Part shown: piece by piece, positions 55,083 to 64,000 of the stretch
Position numbering within the stretch: the first letter of the stretch is position 1
Layout of the letters: the number at the start of each line of letters is the position of its first letter
Assembly (NCBI GenBank): GCA_963835925.1
Contig: CAWIHH010000004.1
Location: 282,111-346,110 of the forward strand
Reading direction: 5' to 3'
Origin: Candidatus Bathyarchaeota archaeon
GTDB taxonomy: Archaea > Thermoproteota > Bathyarchaeia > 40CM-2-53-6
Length of the DNA stretch: 64,000 nucleotides
Position numbers and translations under genes: made by a program
Notes under the pieces: generated by a model
Database searches by the model: none
What the model was told of the DNA's origin: nothing
Seen by the model: only the letters and a program-made list of their open reading frames with translations

Positions 55083-55862
55083 GTGCGTCACGTGTCGGAT
55101 TGCCAATTGGTAAACTTTCGACCGCTGAAGGCACATATGTTCTACTGTCTGGATAAGCTCATTGCAGGGTACAATCTGACACCGCCCTTTCTTGATGTGG
55201 GCTGTGGAACGGGTGATCTGAGCAGCTATCTCGCCAAGAAAGGGTGGGAAGGTAAAGCCATAGATTTTTCTGATACCGCTATCGCGACCGCACGCGACAA
55301 ACTGAGGCGGTTTCCGAGAGTTGTCGTTGAAAAGAATTCCCTCACGGGTGTAAGTGGGTTCTACTCCACGGTCTTCTTGTGGGACGTACTCGAGCACATA
55401 GCTGACGATGAGGCGGCGCTCCTCAAAGTGTCATTGCTTCTACGTTCGGGCGGGTACGTTCTTGCATCCGTCCCAAGTAATCCGAGGGAGTGGCGTTGGG
55501 ACGACACATGTTATGGACATTACAGGCGGTACACGGTAGATGAGATTAGAGTGAAAATGACTAGTCAAGGATTGGAGGTCGTAATGCTATGGGACTTCAC
55601 TTATCCATTCTTCTGGATGATGCGCAGAGCATACACGAGAATAATGCCACCGCCGGAGATCAATAGTGTGGACAAAGAGGTTCTTACGAAAGACAGCTGC
55701 AAGCTCAACGCATGGGATATTTCCATTCTGTCGGGTTTTCTTGATGGATTGGCGATATTATGGTGGCCGTTCAGTAGACTACAGTTTTTGCTTTTCAGGA
55801 ACAGAACTACACAGGGCCACGAGATGTTCGTGCTCGCGCGAAAAAGCGGCGCTGCCCAATGA
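55083..55862 (+). CDS. class I SAM-dependent methyltransferase
   Basis: LDVGCGTGDLSSYLAKKGWEGKAIDFS is motif I, followed by LRSGGYVLAS. Confidence 0.7.
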   Translation: MRHVSDCQLVNFRPLKAHMFYCLDKLIAGYNLTPPFLDVGCGTGDLSSYLAKKGWEGKAIDFSDTAIATARDKLRRFPRVVVEKNSLTGVSGFYSTVFLWDVLEHIADDEAALLKVSLLLRSGGYVLASVPSNPREWRWDDTCYGHYRRYTVDEIRVKMTSQGLEVVMLWDFTYPFFWMMRRAYTRIMPPPEINSVDKEVLTKDSCKLNAWDISILSGFLDGLAILWWPFSRLQFLLFRNRTTQGHEMFVLARKSGAAQ

Positions 55863-55903
55863 TTGCAATTGTAGGTCTCGATGAAGTCTGTTTGGTGTAA
55901 GAG

Positions 55904-56704
55904 ATGATAAACGGAAAGAAGGTAGTGGTTGTAATGCCAGCATACAACGCTGCTAAGACACTTGAGGTCACTCACGGTTGCGTTCCTCGGGATTTCGTCG
56001 ATGAGATTCTGTTAGTGGATGATGCAAGTAGTGACAACACACTTCGAATCGCTAGGAAACTTGGATTGAAAGTGGTCGCACACGAAAGAAATATTGGATA
56101 TGGAGGGAACCAAAAGACCTGTTATCACACGGCTCTGGAGATGGGCGCGGACATAATTGTAATGCTTCACCCCGATTATCAATATCCTCCAGAGCTGATA
56201 CCTGCAATGGTGTGCATGATCGCGTACGGTCCATATGATATTGTGCTGGGGTCAAGAATCTTGGTCCGTGAGGCTTTGAACGGGGGTATGCCACTGTGGA
56301 AGTATATTTCTAATAGAGCTCTGACATCAATCCAGAACATCTTGTGGCATACGAACATCTCAGAGTATCATACAGGTTTTAGGGCATTTAGAAGGAGACT
56401 GCTTGAGACAATCCCCTTCGATCTGGACTCGGACGATTTCGCATTTGACAACCAAATTATCGCACAAGCAGTTTGGCATGGGTTTAGGATAGGTGAGATC
56501 TCGTGTCCTACTAGATATTTCCCCGAGGCATCATCCATCAATTTTCGACGGTCCCTAAAGTATGCGGTGGACGTTTGCTTAACGTCTCTTGAATTGCTAT
56601 TGGCACGAACGGGAGTTTTTGTGCCACCCTACCTAAGTAAAAACAGTTACAAGGCGAAGGATCCTCCGAAATTTATACGATCTGCTTCATTGGAGACCCC
56701 TTAG
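55904..56704 (+). CDS. glycosyltransferase family 2
   Basis: VVVMPAYNAAKTL...LLVDDASSDNT is followed by DADYQYPPELIP. Confidence 0.8.
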   Translation: MINGKKVVVVMPAYNAAKTLEVTHGCVPRDFVDEILLVDDASSDNTLRIARKLGLKVVAHERNIGYGGNQKTCYHTALEMGADIIVMLHPDYQYPPELIPAMVCMIAYGPYDIVLGSRILVREALNGGMPLWKYISNRALTSIQNILWHTNISEYHTGFRAFRRRLLETIPFDLDSDDFAFDNQIIAQAVWHGFRIGEISCPTRYFPEASSINFRRSLKYAVDVCLTSLELLLARTGVFVPPYLSKNSYKAKDPPKFIRSASLETP

Positions 56705-56944
56705 TTTAATTAGTTCAAGCAGTACGTTCTTCAGGCCTTTCCTTTTCCTAGCCTAGTCTTGAAATCCATATGAGTTATCCTTGGATCTCAAAGACCCAAT
56801 CTTCGTGCAATTCTATCGGAACCGTCAGCATTTCACACTCCTTCCAGCCAACAGGTATCTCCGCAATTTCGAAAATGAAACTCAATAAAGGCGCGACATA
56901 ATGTTATATTCAGAAATCGTTTCCCCAACTCACGGCGGCACGAA

Positions 56945-58090
56945 TTGGTAACCAAATCGTCATACACAAGATTTCTTCGGGGGGATATCGCGTTTGTCGG
57001 GGCTCTGCTTTTGGTCAGCCTCGTTGAATCTTCATTTCATTTCGGAAGAATCTCATCTGATTCACCCGATTACGTGAACGTTGCCTACTGGTTGGAGGGG
57101 AAGGCTCCGCTGTCGTATCCCTACAGGCTTATTCGAATCCTTGTGCCCTTCCTTGCTGCTGTGATTGACAGTCACACACCTATTGGCATTGTGACAAGTT
57201 TTGCCATAGTCAACTGTTGCTTCTGGTACGCGAGCGCAGTAATCACGTTCTATTTTTGGAAACGGTTTCTGGGCCTTGACAATAAGGCAGCCTTCGTCGC
57301 CTCATTGATCGTGGTTACCTCGTACAACTATCTAGTATACGGTTCCGCAGTGATGACCGATATGGGACTGTACTTCTTCTTGATTTCGGGACTCTTCGCG
57401 TGGATGTCATTTTGCAGGGCTGAGAAACACGTAGCTGTCAAATTCCTGTGCGCATTATTGGTTAGCAACCTCGCCATATTGACGCGGGAAATAGCGATCT
57501 TTCTGCCGCTTTTTGCAATCATCTTTGCTTTGTTGAACAAAAAGTGGTACAAGGCCTCGCTCGTGTTCGCGCTGTGCTCTTTTGCACTCCCCTCTGCCTG
57601 GTTCATGGCTTCAGGGGCATTGAAGTATTATGTCAGTTGGTACTTCAGCGCCAGCACCAGGACGTCCGCGTCGCAAGGTCTTGCAATTTCCACTATCCTC
57701 TCTCTTCCTCATTCATTTCTGCGTGCGTATTGGCGTTCAACCCTAACTTCCTTTCTACAAGCATTTTCGCTCTCGTTGCCGTTCGCAGTCTTAGGATTCT
57801 TGGAAGATGACTCACCTACGAATCTAAGATTCTACGTAGCAGAGATTCTCGCTGCAGCAATAATTCTCTTTCTTACATTCCCCAATCCGGACCCCCGAAA
57901 TTCCTTCATCGCTTTCGCAGCATTAGCGCCACTCGCCTCTAGAGGAATCAACTGGTTCGCCATGAAAATGTCTCAGAAAGAGTATTTCCACGCGATCCCA
58001 GCTTCGGCCTACCTTTGGTTGATTGTCTTAACCTACATACTCGCTGAGAACTTCGTCACTAGAACGCCCACAGTCTACAATTTGCCCTAG
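56945..58090 (+). CDS. polytopic membrane protein, putative GT-C (PMT_2/ArnT-like) glycosyltransferase
   Basis: About 10 TM segments, with an N-terminal loop carrying SDSPDYVNVAYWL. Confidence 0.4.
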   Translation: MVTKSSYTRFLRGDIAFVGALLLVSLVESSFHFGRISSDSPDYVNVAYWLEGKAPLSYPYRLIRILVPFLAAVIDSHTPIGIVTSFAIVNCCFWYASAVITFYFWKRFLGLDNKAAFVASLIVVTSYNYLVYGSAVMTDMGLYFFLISGLFAWMSFCRAEKHVAVKFLCALLVSNLAILTREIAIFLPLFAIIFALLNKKWYKASLVFALCSFALPSAWFMASGALKYYVSWYFSASTRTSASQGLAISTILSLPHSFLRAYWRSTLTSFLQAFSLSLPFAVLGFLEDDSPTNLRFYVAEILAAAIILFLTFPNPDPRNSFIAFAALAPLASRGINWFAMKMSQKEYFHAIPASAYLWLIVLTYILAENFVTRTPTVYNLP

Positions 58091-58151
58091 TCATGTGTTT
58101 GAGGAGTAAATAGGATCATGCACGGAGCCGACTAAGAAGCCGTGGTCATAA

Positions 58152-59437
58152 ATGTCCGAAGCAATCATCAATACTCCATTAAACCTGCCAAGGAAGGCTC
58201 TTATCATCTCAAGTGTCGCTCCGCATAGGATTGGGGGCCCAATCAACCTGTACAGCTTCCTTTCCCAGCTCTCGAGAGAGTCGTACTGCGTCCTCACCAC
58301 ATATGAGTCGATACGCCACCTGCCCACAAATCCCCGCCTGCCAGGTGAGCACATTTTCTGTGATCATTCGGATCCTATTGAAAACCAGGTCTCCTCTCCA
58401 AACACTACCAATGGTCCCACTCACACAGCTTCAAAAAGTCGTTCCTGACGAAAAAGATTCCGGGCTTGGTCCCACTGTATCGGGAGATGAAATCCACGCT
58501 GCATTTTCTCACGACTATCGTCAGAATGATTGGAGTCGGTGCACGCGCTTGCCGGGAGAGAAACGTCGAATTCATTTTGGGCTTCTCCGATTCGGGGCCG
58601 GGACTGATTTCGAGTTATATTATTTCAACCTTGACCGGAATCCCATATGCACTCTACTTCTTTGATATTTACAGAGGCAATTACGCCGGACTAGTACAGT
58701 CGCTGTTCGCTTCGATTTTCGAACCGATTCTGTTCAAAACTGCGTCTATAGTCGTGTTGACGAATGAGGGAACTGAACAGCTCTACCGGAGGAGGTATGG
58801 AGATTCATTCAAATGTATCGTTATTCATAATTCGGTTTTTCCAAAGCCGTACGAATCCAACAGGACCGAATACCATCCCTCCCCCCCTTACAGTATCCTC
58901 TACAGCGGGGGAGTGTATTACCCTCAAGAAAGGAGCCTCATCAATCTGATTCACGCACTGGACGAGCTGCCAGAGCTACCAATACGACTTGAGCTCTACG
59001 TGCCCTACATGTCGGATAGCTTTAGGCAACAGATCCAGTCTCGCAGTAACGTGACTCTGAGAACTGCCGTTCAGTCAGAGATACCGCGGATACAATGCGC
59101 GGCAACCATACTCTTCCTACCGCTCAGCTGGCATACTCACAGCCCCGATGTTATTGCGACGGCGACTCCCGGCAAGATGACAGATTATTTGGTCTCCGGT
59201 CGACCGATACTGATCCACGCTCCACCCTATGCTTGGTTGAATCAGTATGCTAGAGAGAACGGTTTCGGTCTCGTTGTCGACGAAGAGGACAAGGACAAGT
59301 TGACGGCTTCAATTCGAAAATTAATAACTGACCAGGATTTCTCGAAACAGTTGATACGGAACGCGCTCCGAACTTTCTACGCGAACCACGATGCCACAGT
59401 CAACTTGCAGAAATTCCTGGCTATATTCGAGCCCTGA
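58152..59437 (+). CDS. glycosyltransferase family 4-like (frameshifted)
   Basis: The N-terminal ALIISSVAPHRIGGP is in ORF 58152-58448. The C-terminal GT-B half is in 58466-59437. Confidence 0.5.
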
Positions 59438-59539
59438 GTGCTGCTCAACATTGCTGGTGCCAGTTCAACAGAGACTAATATCTAATTTCGTGAAATTCGA
59501 AAAACCGTCAACAATTGGATATTCAATAAACCGAAAAAG

Positions 59540-60487
59540 TCAGAGCGCATCTCGTCTCAAAATCTGTCGTAGGCGTCTGTAGATCGGACTTGGAAGATGT
59601 CTGGCCATTTTCCTTGCGTTTCCGCGTGCTGTTCTTGCGAACATTTTGAGCCACACATGTAGAAACAGGAATCGTGGAGTCGTTGTGTTTTCACGTACTT
59701 CCACTCGGAATTTCTCTACGTATGCGAGTGCTTCGTCCGTTGTCAACTGTTTGGGCGACGGATCATCCACATACAATCCTTCAGGAAATAGAGCGGCTGG
59801 GATCTTTTCCAGTTTCATGGTTGTTTCATCAATCAACCGATTCAATGGGTATCCTCGTTGCCCGTAAGCCCGGTAAACGAGGTACTTGTGTGCCAGAAGG
59901 CGTTCAGAAGAGAACCCGTAGTGAAGAATCTGGACGTCCGATACGCGCTCAATTTTCTTAATGCTCGGCGGATATGGGTTCTGGTGCAGCCCCTGGCGAG
60001 TTTTTCCATAGGATATATTCGGTGTCACTCGCCACAGGTGTACGAACCATCCTTCGTCGTAAAGATTGTCGATGCGCCGCCAAGACTTGCTTCGCCAGAG
60101 GTTAAGCTTGTGAAAGCTCAGACCATCAAGCTCCTTCTTCTCGCAATAGGCGCATAACTCCTGTAGCCTAGTGGCAGTGTTTGCGGTGAATACTTCGTCG
60201 GCGTCGAGATACATTATGAAGTCGGGGCCGAGCTTCAGCGTGTTCTCCAATAGGACTTTTTTGATCTGCATTTCCTTCGCAAAATTCGTCCTTTTGCCTC
60301 GGAGCACGTGGGACGTGTGCCTGATTAGATAGTCGAAGCTACCGTCCGTGCTTGCGTCATCCCAAGCAACGATATCGTCCACAAGCGGAGTCAAGTATTC
60401 GATAAAGCGCTCTAGGTTTCCTTTCAGCAGCTCATTGTAAATTTGACAGATACAGACGATCTTGTATCGTTTGAAATCTTGGCTCAT
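59540..60487 (-). CDS. glycosyltransferase family 2-like
   Basis: IVAWDDASTDGS and YLDADEVF are DxD-type motifs in a GT-A fold. Confidence 0.55.
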   Translation of the reverse strand: MSQDFKRYKIVCICQIYNELLKGNLERFIEYLTPLVDDIVAWDDASTDGSFDYLIRHTSHVLRGKRTNFAKEMQIKKVLLENTLKLGPDFIMYLDADEVFTANTATRLQELCAYCEKKELDGLSFHKLNLWRSKSWRRIDNLYDEGWFVHLWRVTPNISYGKTRQGLHQNPYPPSIKKIERVSDVQILHYGFSSERLLAHKYLVYRAYGQRGYPLNRLIDETTMKLEKIPAALFPEGLYVDDPSPKQLTTDEALAYVEKFRVEVRENTTTPRFLFLHVWLKMFARTARGNARKMARHLPSPIYRRLRQILRRDAL

Positions 60488-61389
60488 TGGCCCTCAGCGT
60501 TGTCTTGATAGTTGAACTGAGAGAGTTCGGTAATCATGGAGTTTATGGTTGGAGGATCGGAATATCCGGCTGCTTGCCAAAGTTTACGATTCAAATCAGC
60601 GTCAATAGTGGAGAGTGTTCGATCAATTGATGACTTGGCTTCAGATCTCCTGATTTCTAAGTCTGTTCGGTCAAAGTTTACAGCGAAACTCTTGAGAAGT
60701 TCATATTTGCTTAGGATATCCTTGGGCAAGAGGTGCTGAACGTGTGGCAGTTGCAGCTCATCTTCCATGATTGCTTTGCATATTTTGGCGAAATGCAGCG
60801 TCGTCACGCCGTTCCAATAATGATTTGTGAAACCGTTTATCTCGGAGTTCGCACTTTGCCCTAGAAACCAGTTCAACAACGATACACCCCGAGCCTTCTC
60901 AGGCCCGATTATGGAGCATCGTAGATGGTGGACGTTAGGTGAGAAGACCTCGCCGAGGCTCTTTGACTTTCCATAGACGTCGAAGGGATCCTGCGGATCC
61001 GTTTCTAAATAGCGTCCTTTTTGGCCTGAAAAGACGCAGTCGGTTGCGATCTGAATTACCCGGCAATGCTCTTTTTCGGCTGCTTTCGCTATAAGATGTG
61101 GGAATAGTGAGTTCACGCGAATTGCTTTTTCGGCCTCAAGAGGGTTATCGTCGTGAATATATGGTTTGATGACACCGATCGCGTTTATCGCCCAAGAACA
61201 TCCTCTGATGGCATTGAGGATGTCATCTGTGCTCGATGCCTCCGCATCTAGAAATCCCCCTTCTGAGTTTCCATTTGTATTCAACTTGGTACGAGAAATG
61301 GCGACGATATCATTCTCTGAATTAAGTGTGAGATAGGACAGGAGCATCGACCCAAGCATGCCGGTGCAACCCAGAATCGCGATCTTCAC
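60484..61389 (-). CDS. RmlD-like NAD(P)-dependent sugar reductase (dTDP-4-dehydrorhamnose reductase family)
   Basis: The Rossmann site is MKIAILGCTGMLGS and the catalytic YxxxK is DVYGKSK. Length (301 aa) is typical for RmlD. Confidence 0.65.
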   Translation of the reverse strand: MKIAILGCTGMLGSMLLSYLTLNSENDIVAISRTKLNTNGNSEGGFLDAEASSTDDILNAIRGCSWAINAIGVIKPYIHDDNPLEAEKAIRVNSLFPHLIAKAAEKEHCRVIQIATDCVFSGQKGRYLETDPQDPFDVYGKSKSLGEVFSPNVHHLRCSIIGPEKARGVSLLNWFLGQSANSEINGFTNHYWNGVTTLHFAKICKAIMEDELQLPHVQHLLPKDILSKYELLKSFAVNFDRTDLEIRRSEAKSSIDRTLSTIDADLNRKLWQAAGYSDPPTINSMITELSQFNYQDNAEGQ

Positions 61390-61401
61390 TGGACGCTCCT
61401 C

Positions 61402-61854
61402 TCAGCGCTCCTGAACATGCCAAATATCCCAATATCTTGAGTCATATCGTACGTCATCATTCTTGCTCTCCTCAACTGAGGAAGTTGAGAAGAAGACAAC
61501 CTTAGAGTCATCAGTCAATGACATGAACCCATTGGCATAGCCAGGTGGAATGCAGAGGATCAAAGGGTCCTTCGCTGACAAAACGAAACGAGAGACCGAA
61601 AGATCCTTTGCAGGAGTGGCCCAATTATCGATTCGCACAGCGCCAACGAGGGCCGCACCTTGAATCACGAACACGCACTTCGCTTCGTGCCGGTGAGCAT
61701 GCCACGCACGGACGAAACCGGCCTTGTGGTTTGAGACGACATAGAACCGTTTGACGCCGTCAAGTTTGAAATCATTAACAAAGGCTACTTCGCCGCGATC
61801 GTCAACAGAGAGCGAACCTTTGATAAGCTTCGGGGAAGCTGAGTCTCTAAGCAT
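61402..61854 (-). CDS. cupin sugar 3,4-ketoisomerase / 3,5-epimerase-like protein (FdtA/WxcM/RmlC-like)
   Basis: KRFYVVSNHKAGFVRAWHAHRHEAKCVFVIQGAA lies in a 150 aa protein. Confidence 0.55.
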   Translation of the reverse strand: MLRDSASPKLIKGSLSVDDRGEVAFVNDFKLDGVKRFYVVSNHKAGFVRAWHAHRHEAKCVFVIQGAALVGAVRIDNWATPAKDLSVSRFVLSAKDPLILCIPPGYANGFMSLTDDSKVVFFSTSSVEESKNDDVRYDSRYWDIWHVQER

Positions 61855-62812
61855 TTTTCGTCACAACCGGTTCGTATAGGTGCGAATTGAACATCGAAAG
61901 AAACTGCCGATTAGTGTATCGGGGGTTCTCGACGTCCTTCAATCTGTTTGAATCTAACAGTTCCTTCACTTCCTCGATTCCATCGTGCACAGACCTCTTC
62001 GGGTTGAAGCCCCATGTACTCGCAGCTTTCTCGCTTGTCACCTGATAATTCCGAGCGTCCTCGAATTTCATACTGGTCTGTTCTATTGTAAGGCCGGGGA
62101 AGTGTTCTCGAATTGCATTTGCGAGATCGATTATTCTAATGTTTTTCCAGTGGAGGTTGAAGATCCCGCGGTGCGATGTTGATAGGTTACCCACGATCGC
62201 TTGAGCCGCATCTTTCACGTGCAGCAGCGGTCTGTACTGGTCGCCTCCGAACACACTCACCTTCTTCTGTTGGTGAGCCCGAACCGTCATCGTATTGACG
62301 ACTAAATCAAGGCGCACTCTTGAGAACAAGTCACTCACTCCGAAGAGTGTGCCGAAACGGAAGATGATTGCGTCCTTCTTTTCCAGATGATGCTCTGCTC
62401 CCAGCTTTGTTGCAGCATATACAGATAATGGGTTGGTTGCGCCCGACTCATTTACGATCGCGTCATGAACCCCGTATACTGAGCATGTGGATGTGAAAAT
62501 GATGCGTCCATCGTAATTTTCAGCGAGCCACCTAACTTGATCTTGATTGATCTTCGTAGCAATTTCCGGGTTAAGAGCACATGCACCATCGCCGACGAGT
62601 GCGGCCAGCCATATCATCGCATCTGCCCATTTGAGCTGCCGTTTCAGTCGTTCCGTATCGCGCACATCGCCATAGATGAAACTGATGGGTTTCCGGTAAG
62701 ACTCCTCGTAGAGCAATGCGTCATAAACGCGAACTTCATGTCCAGAATTCATCAAAGCGTCCGTTACGGCGCCACCAACATACCCCGCCCCGCCCACAAC
62801 AAGCACTTTCAT
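61847..62812 (-). CDS. NAD-dependent epimerase/dehydratase (extended SDR; GalE/RmlB-like)
   Basis: MKVLVVGGAGYVGG is the Rossmann site and YAATKLGAE is the catalytic YxxxK. Confidence 0.8.
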   Translation of the reverse strand: MKVLVVGGAGYVGGAVTDALMNSGHEVRVYDALLYEESYRKPISFIYGDVRDTERLKRQLKWADAMIWLAALVGDGACALNPEIATKINQDQVRWLAENYDGRIIFTSTCSVYGVHDAIVNESGATNPLSVYAATKLGAEHHLEKKDAIIFRFGTLFGVSDLFSRVRLDLVVNTMTVRAHQQKKVSVFGGDQYRPLLHVKDAAQAIVGNLSTSHRGIFNLHWKNIRIIDLANAIREHFPGLTIEQTSMKFEDARNYQVTSEKAASTWGFNPKRSVHDGIEEVKELLDSNRLKDVENPRYTNRQFLSMFNSHLYEPVVTKNA

Positions 62813-62870
62813 TATCCGAATTCCAACTTTGCAGCGCTCATCACAACATCAAGCGGCTATATGTAACCTA

Positions 62871-63761
62871 CTACGCCTCATGTCGCTTCCTGCGAATTGC
62901 GGCCTTTAATGCTCCATAGATTGAGTCAGGAAGGTGATCACGAGCAATAGTCTTAGTAGTCCTCTTCCATCGTGCAAAATCGCCTTGCATCATTCTAAAG
63001 ATTGCCGAGACCTCGGCTCGTCTGGATTCACTGTCCATTTCACCCATCTGGAAATGATACACGATGCTGTTGAAAACCGTCCGGTGCACCACTCCCTTAA
63101 CCCTCAACTTATCCATTAGGACCTTGTCTCCGGACACGCATGACTCACCCCGTCTGGCGATAGTTGGCGCGAAAATGTCACTGTAAGGTACGATATTCCC
63201 TTCAGGATATCCGCCAACAGACAGGAAATCGGTTTTCTTAATCAACAGCGGCATGTACAGTCCTCCCTTTTCTGTTCGGGCTGCACGAATCGATTCAGCA
63301 TACTTGTGGAACTCAGATTCTCTAAACTCGCGGTAGTGCCGACCGAAGTTCTTCTCAATTCCGTACTCTCCGCTTGGAAGCTTTCCGGATTCAACTAGTC
63401 TGGACGCTAGACAGCTAGACCCATTGTACGCGTTGTAGAGGTTGTCCAGCCAGTTCGGGGTGAGCGCCATGTCAGAATTAATGAAGACAACAAATTGTCC
63501 TTTAGCACTGCGCCCGGCAAAGTTCCACGCGCGGTAGACGCTATTGATATACCACTCCTTACGCTGCTCGGGTGAATTGTTCCAAATATAATGAGGAATA
63601 TTCTCCTCCTTCAAGTACTGTAATACCTGGCGGGTCGCATCATTTGCTACGAAGAAAAATTCTGCGTCTTCCAGGTCGGTATATTTCTGGACTTGCTCAT
63701 ACGTGAATTTGAGCCATCCAACGCTCTTGTAGATCAAGCAAGCGATCGAGAGGCGAGTCAA
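62871..63761 (-). CDS. putative GT-A fold glycosyltransferase-like protein
   Basis: It shows a Rossmann-like N-terminus (RLSIACLIYKSVGWL) and FVVFINSDMALTP (DxD-like). The assignment is weak. Confidence 0.35.
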   Translation of the reverse strand: MTRLSIACLIYKSVGWLKFTYEQVQKYTDLEDAEFFFVANDATRQVLQYLKEENIPHYIWNNSPEQRKEWYINSVYRAWNFAGRSAKGQFVVFINSDMALTPNWLDNLYNAYNGSSCLASRLVESGKLPSGEYGIEKNFGRHYREFRESEFHKYAESIRAARTEKGGLYMPLLIKKTDFLSVGGYPEGNIVPYSDIFAPTIARRGESCVSGDKVLMDKLRVKGVVHRTVFNSIVYHFQMGEMDSESRRAEVSAIFRMMQGDFARWKRTTKTIARDHLPDSIYGALKAAIRRKRHEA

Positions 63762-64000
63762 GATATGATCCTATTGAGATTTACCGCATAGCTACGGATG
63801 AATTGAGTCAGTAGCTGTACTCACGACTACCCCAGCAAGATCGTAGGTTCTCGTTTCCTCAACTGACTCATAGGAGCCTTTCCTGCTGATTTCCTGCAGT
63901 TTGAGATCCAGATATCTGCAAACGCGGTTACTCCATTTGAGCGACAACTGAATCTTGTTGCCCATATCGTGTTTCGATTTCTCCGTCATGTTCTGTTGGT

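Noticed and set aside
63792-63989. 65 aa ORF at the window end
   Set aside because: It is short with no motif. It may be a fragment of a gene that extends beyond the window, or noise.
1-64000. CRISPR arrays, IS/transposase genes, integrases, rRNA genes
   Set aside because: No regularly spaced direct repeats longer than 20 nt were seen, nor any DDE or tyrosine-recombinase-like ORFs. No rRNA-like sequence was seen. The only tandem repeats seen are short (the 13-14-nt pair at 23961-23995 and AGTTATAG x2 at about 47612).
1-64000. tRNA genes
   Set aside because: I scanned intergenic regions (2320-2870, 3665-3985, 26298-26774, 29188-29452, 38058-38445) for T-loop-like GGTTCGAAT/GTTCAAATC motifs with a matching acceptor stem. 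None were convincing. A tRNAscan-SE or Infernal run is needed to exclude them.

Overview
This window is a dense archaeal chromosomal segment of about 50% GC with no rRNA, CRISPR array or transposase, and I could not pick out a tRNA by eye. Inference from gene content only: it looks like a TACK or thaumarchaeal-type archaeon. The supporting genes are TFB, an archaeal SUI1, a eukaryote-like GlyRS, the tRNA-splicing endonuclease EndA, F420 CofE, a crenactin-type actin and an H+-PPase. From left to right the window contains the following. A Tat-secreted molybdopterin oxidoreductase is truncated at the window edge. Next come a secreted glutamic peptidase of the G1 family, an acyl-CoA dehydrogenase and a GT2 glycosyltransferase. 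A 10 kb branched-chain amino acid biosynthesis supercluster (ilvE, leuD, leuC, ilvD, leuA, leuB, ilvN, ilvB and a second LeuA-family paralog) lies on the minus strand. After it come a cupin protein and a secreted hypothetical protein. Then comes a crenactin-like actin gene flanked by small, translationally coupled hypothetical ORFs, which is the most interesting locus. An informational gene block follows: TFB, a small Zn-ribbon protein, SUI1 and a DRG-family GTPase. After that the window carries a large secreted Ig-repeat surface protein, an MBL hydrolase, EndA, a DUF47/PhoU-like protein, GlyRS and sdhB-sdhA. Next are an MprF-like flippase-domain protein, an aminotransferase, the H+-PPase and CofE. 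The last 20 kb is a glycosylation island with GT4, GT2 and GT-C enzymes, three SAM methyltransferases, a nucleotidyltransferase, an FdtA-like ketoisomerase, an RmlD-like reductase and an epimerase. One strong caveat applies throughout: at least 20 conserved genes are broken by +1/-1 frameshifts, several at homopolymers, and essential genes such as TFB, sdhA, hppA and ilvD are hit. I read these as sequencing or assembly indels rather than pseudogenes. Gene extents below therefore span the frameshifted pieces.
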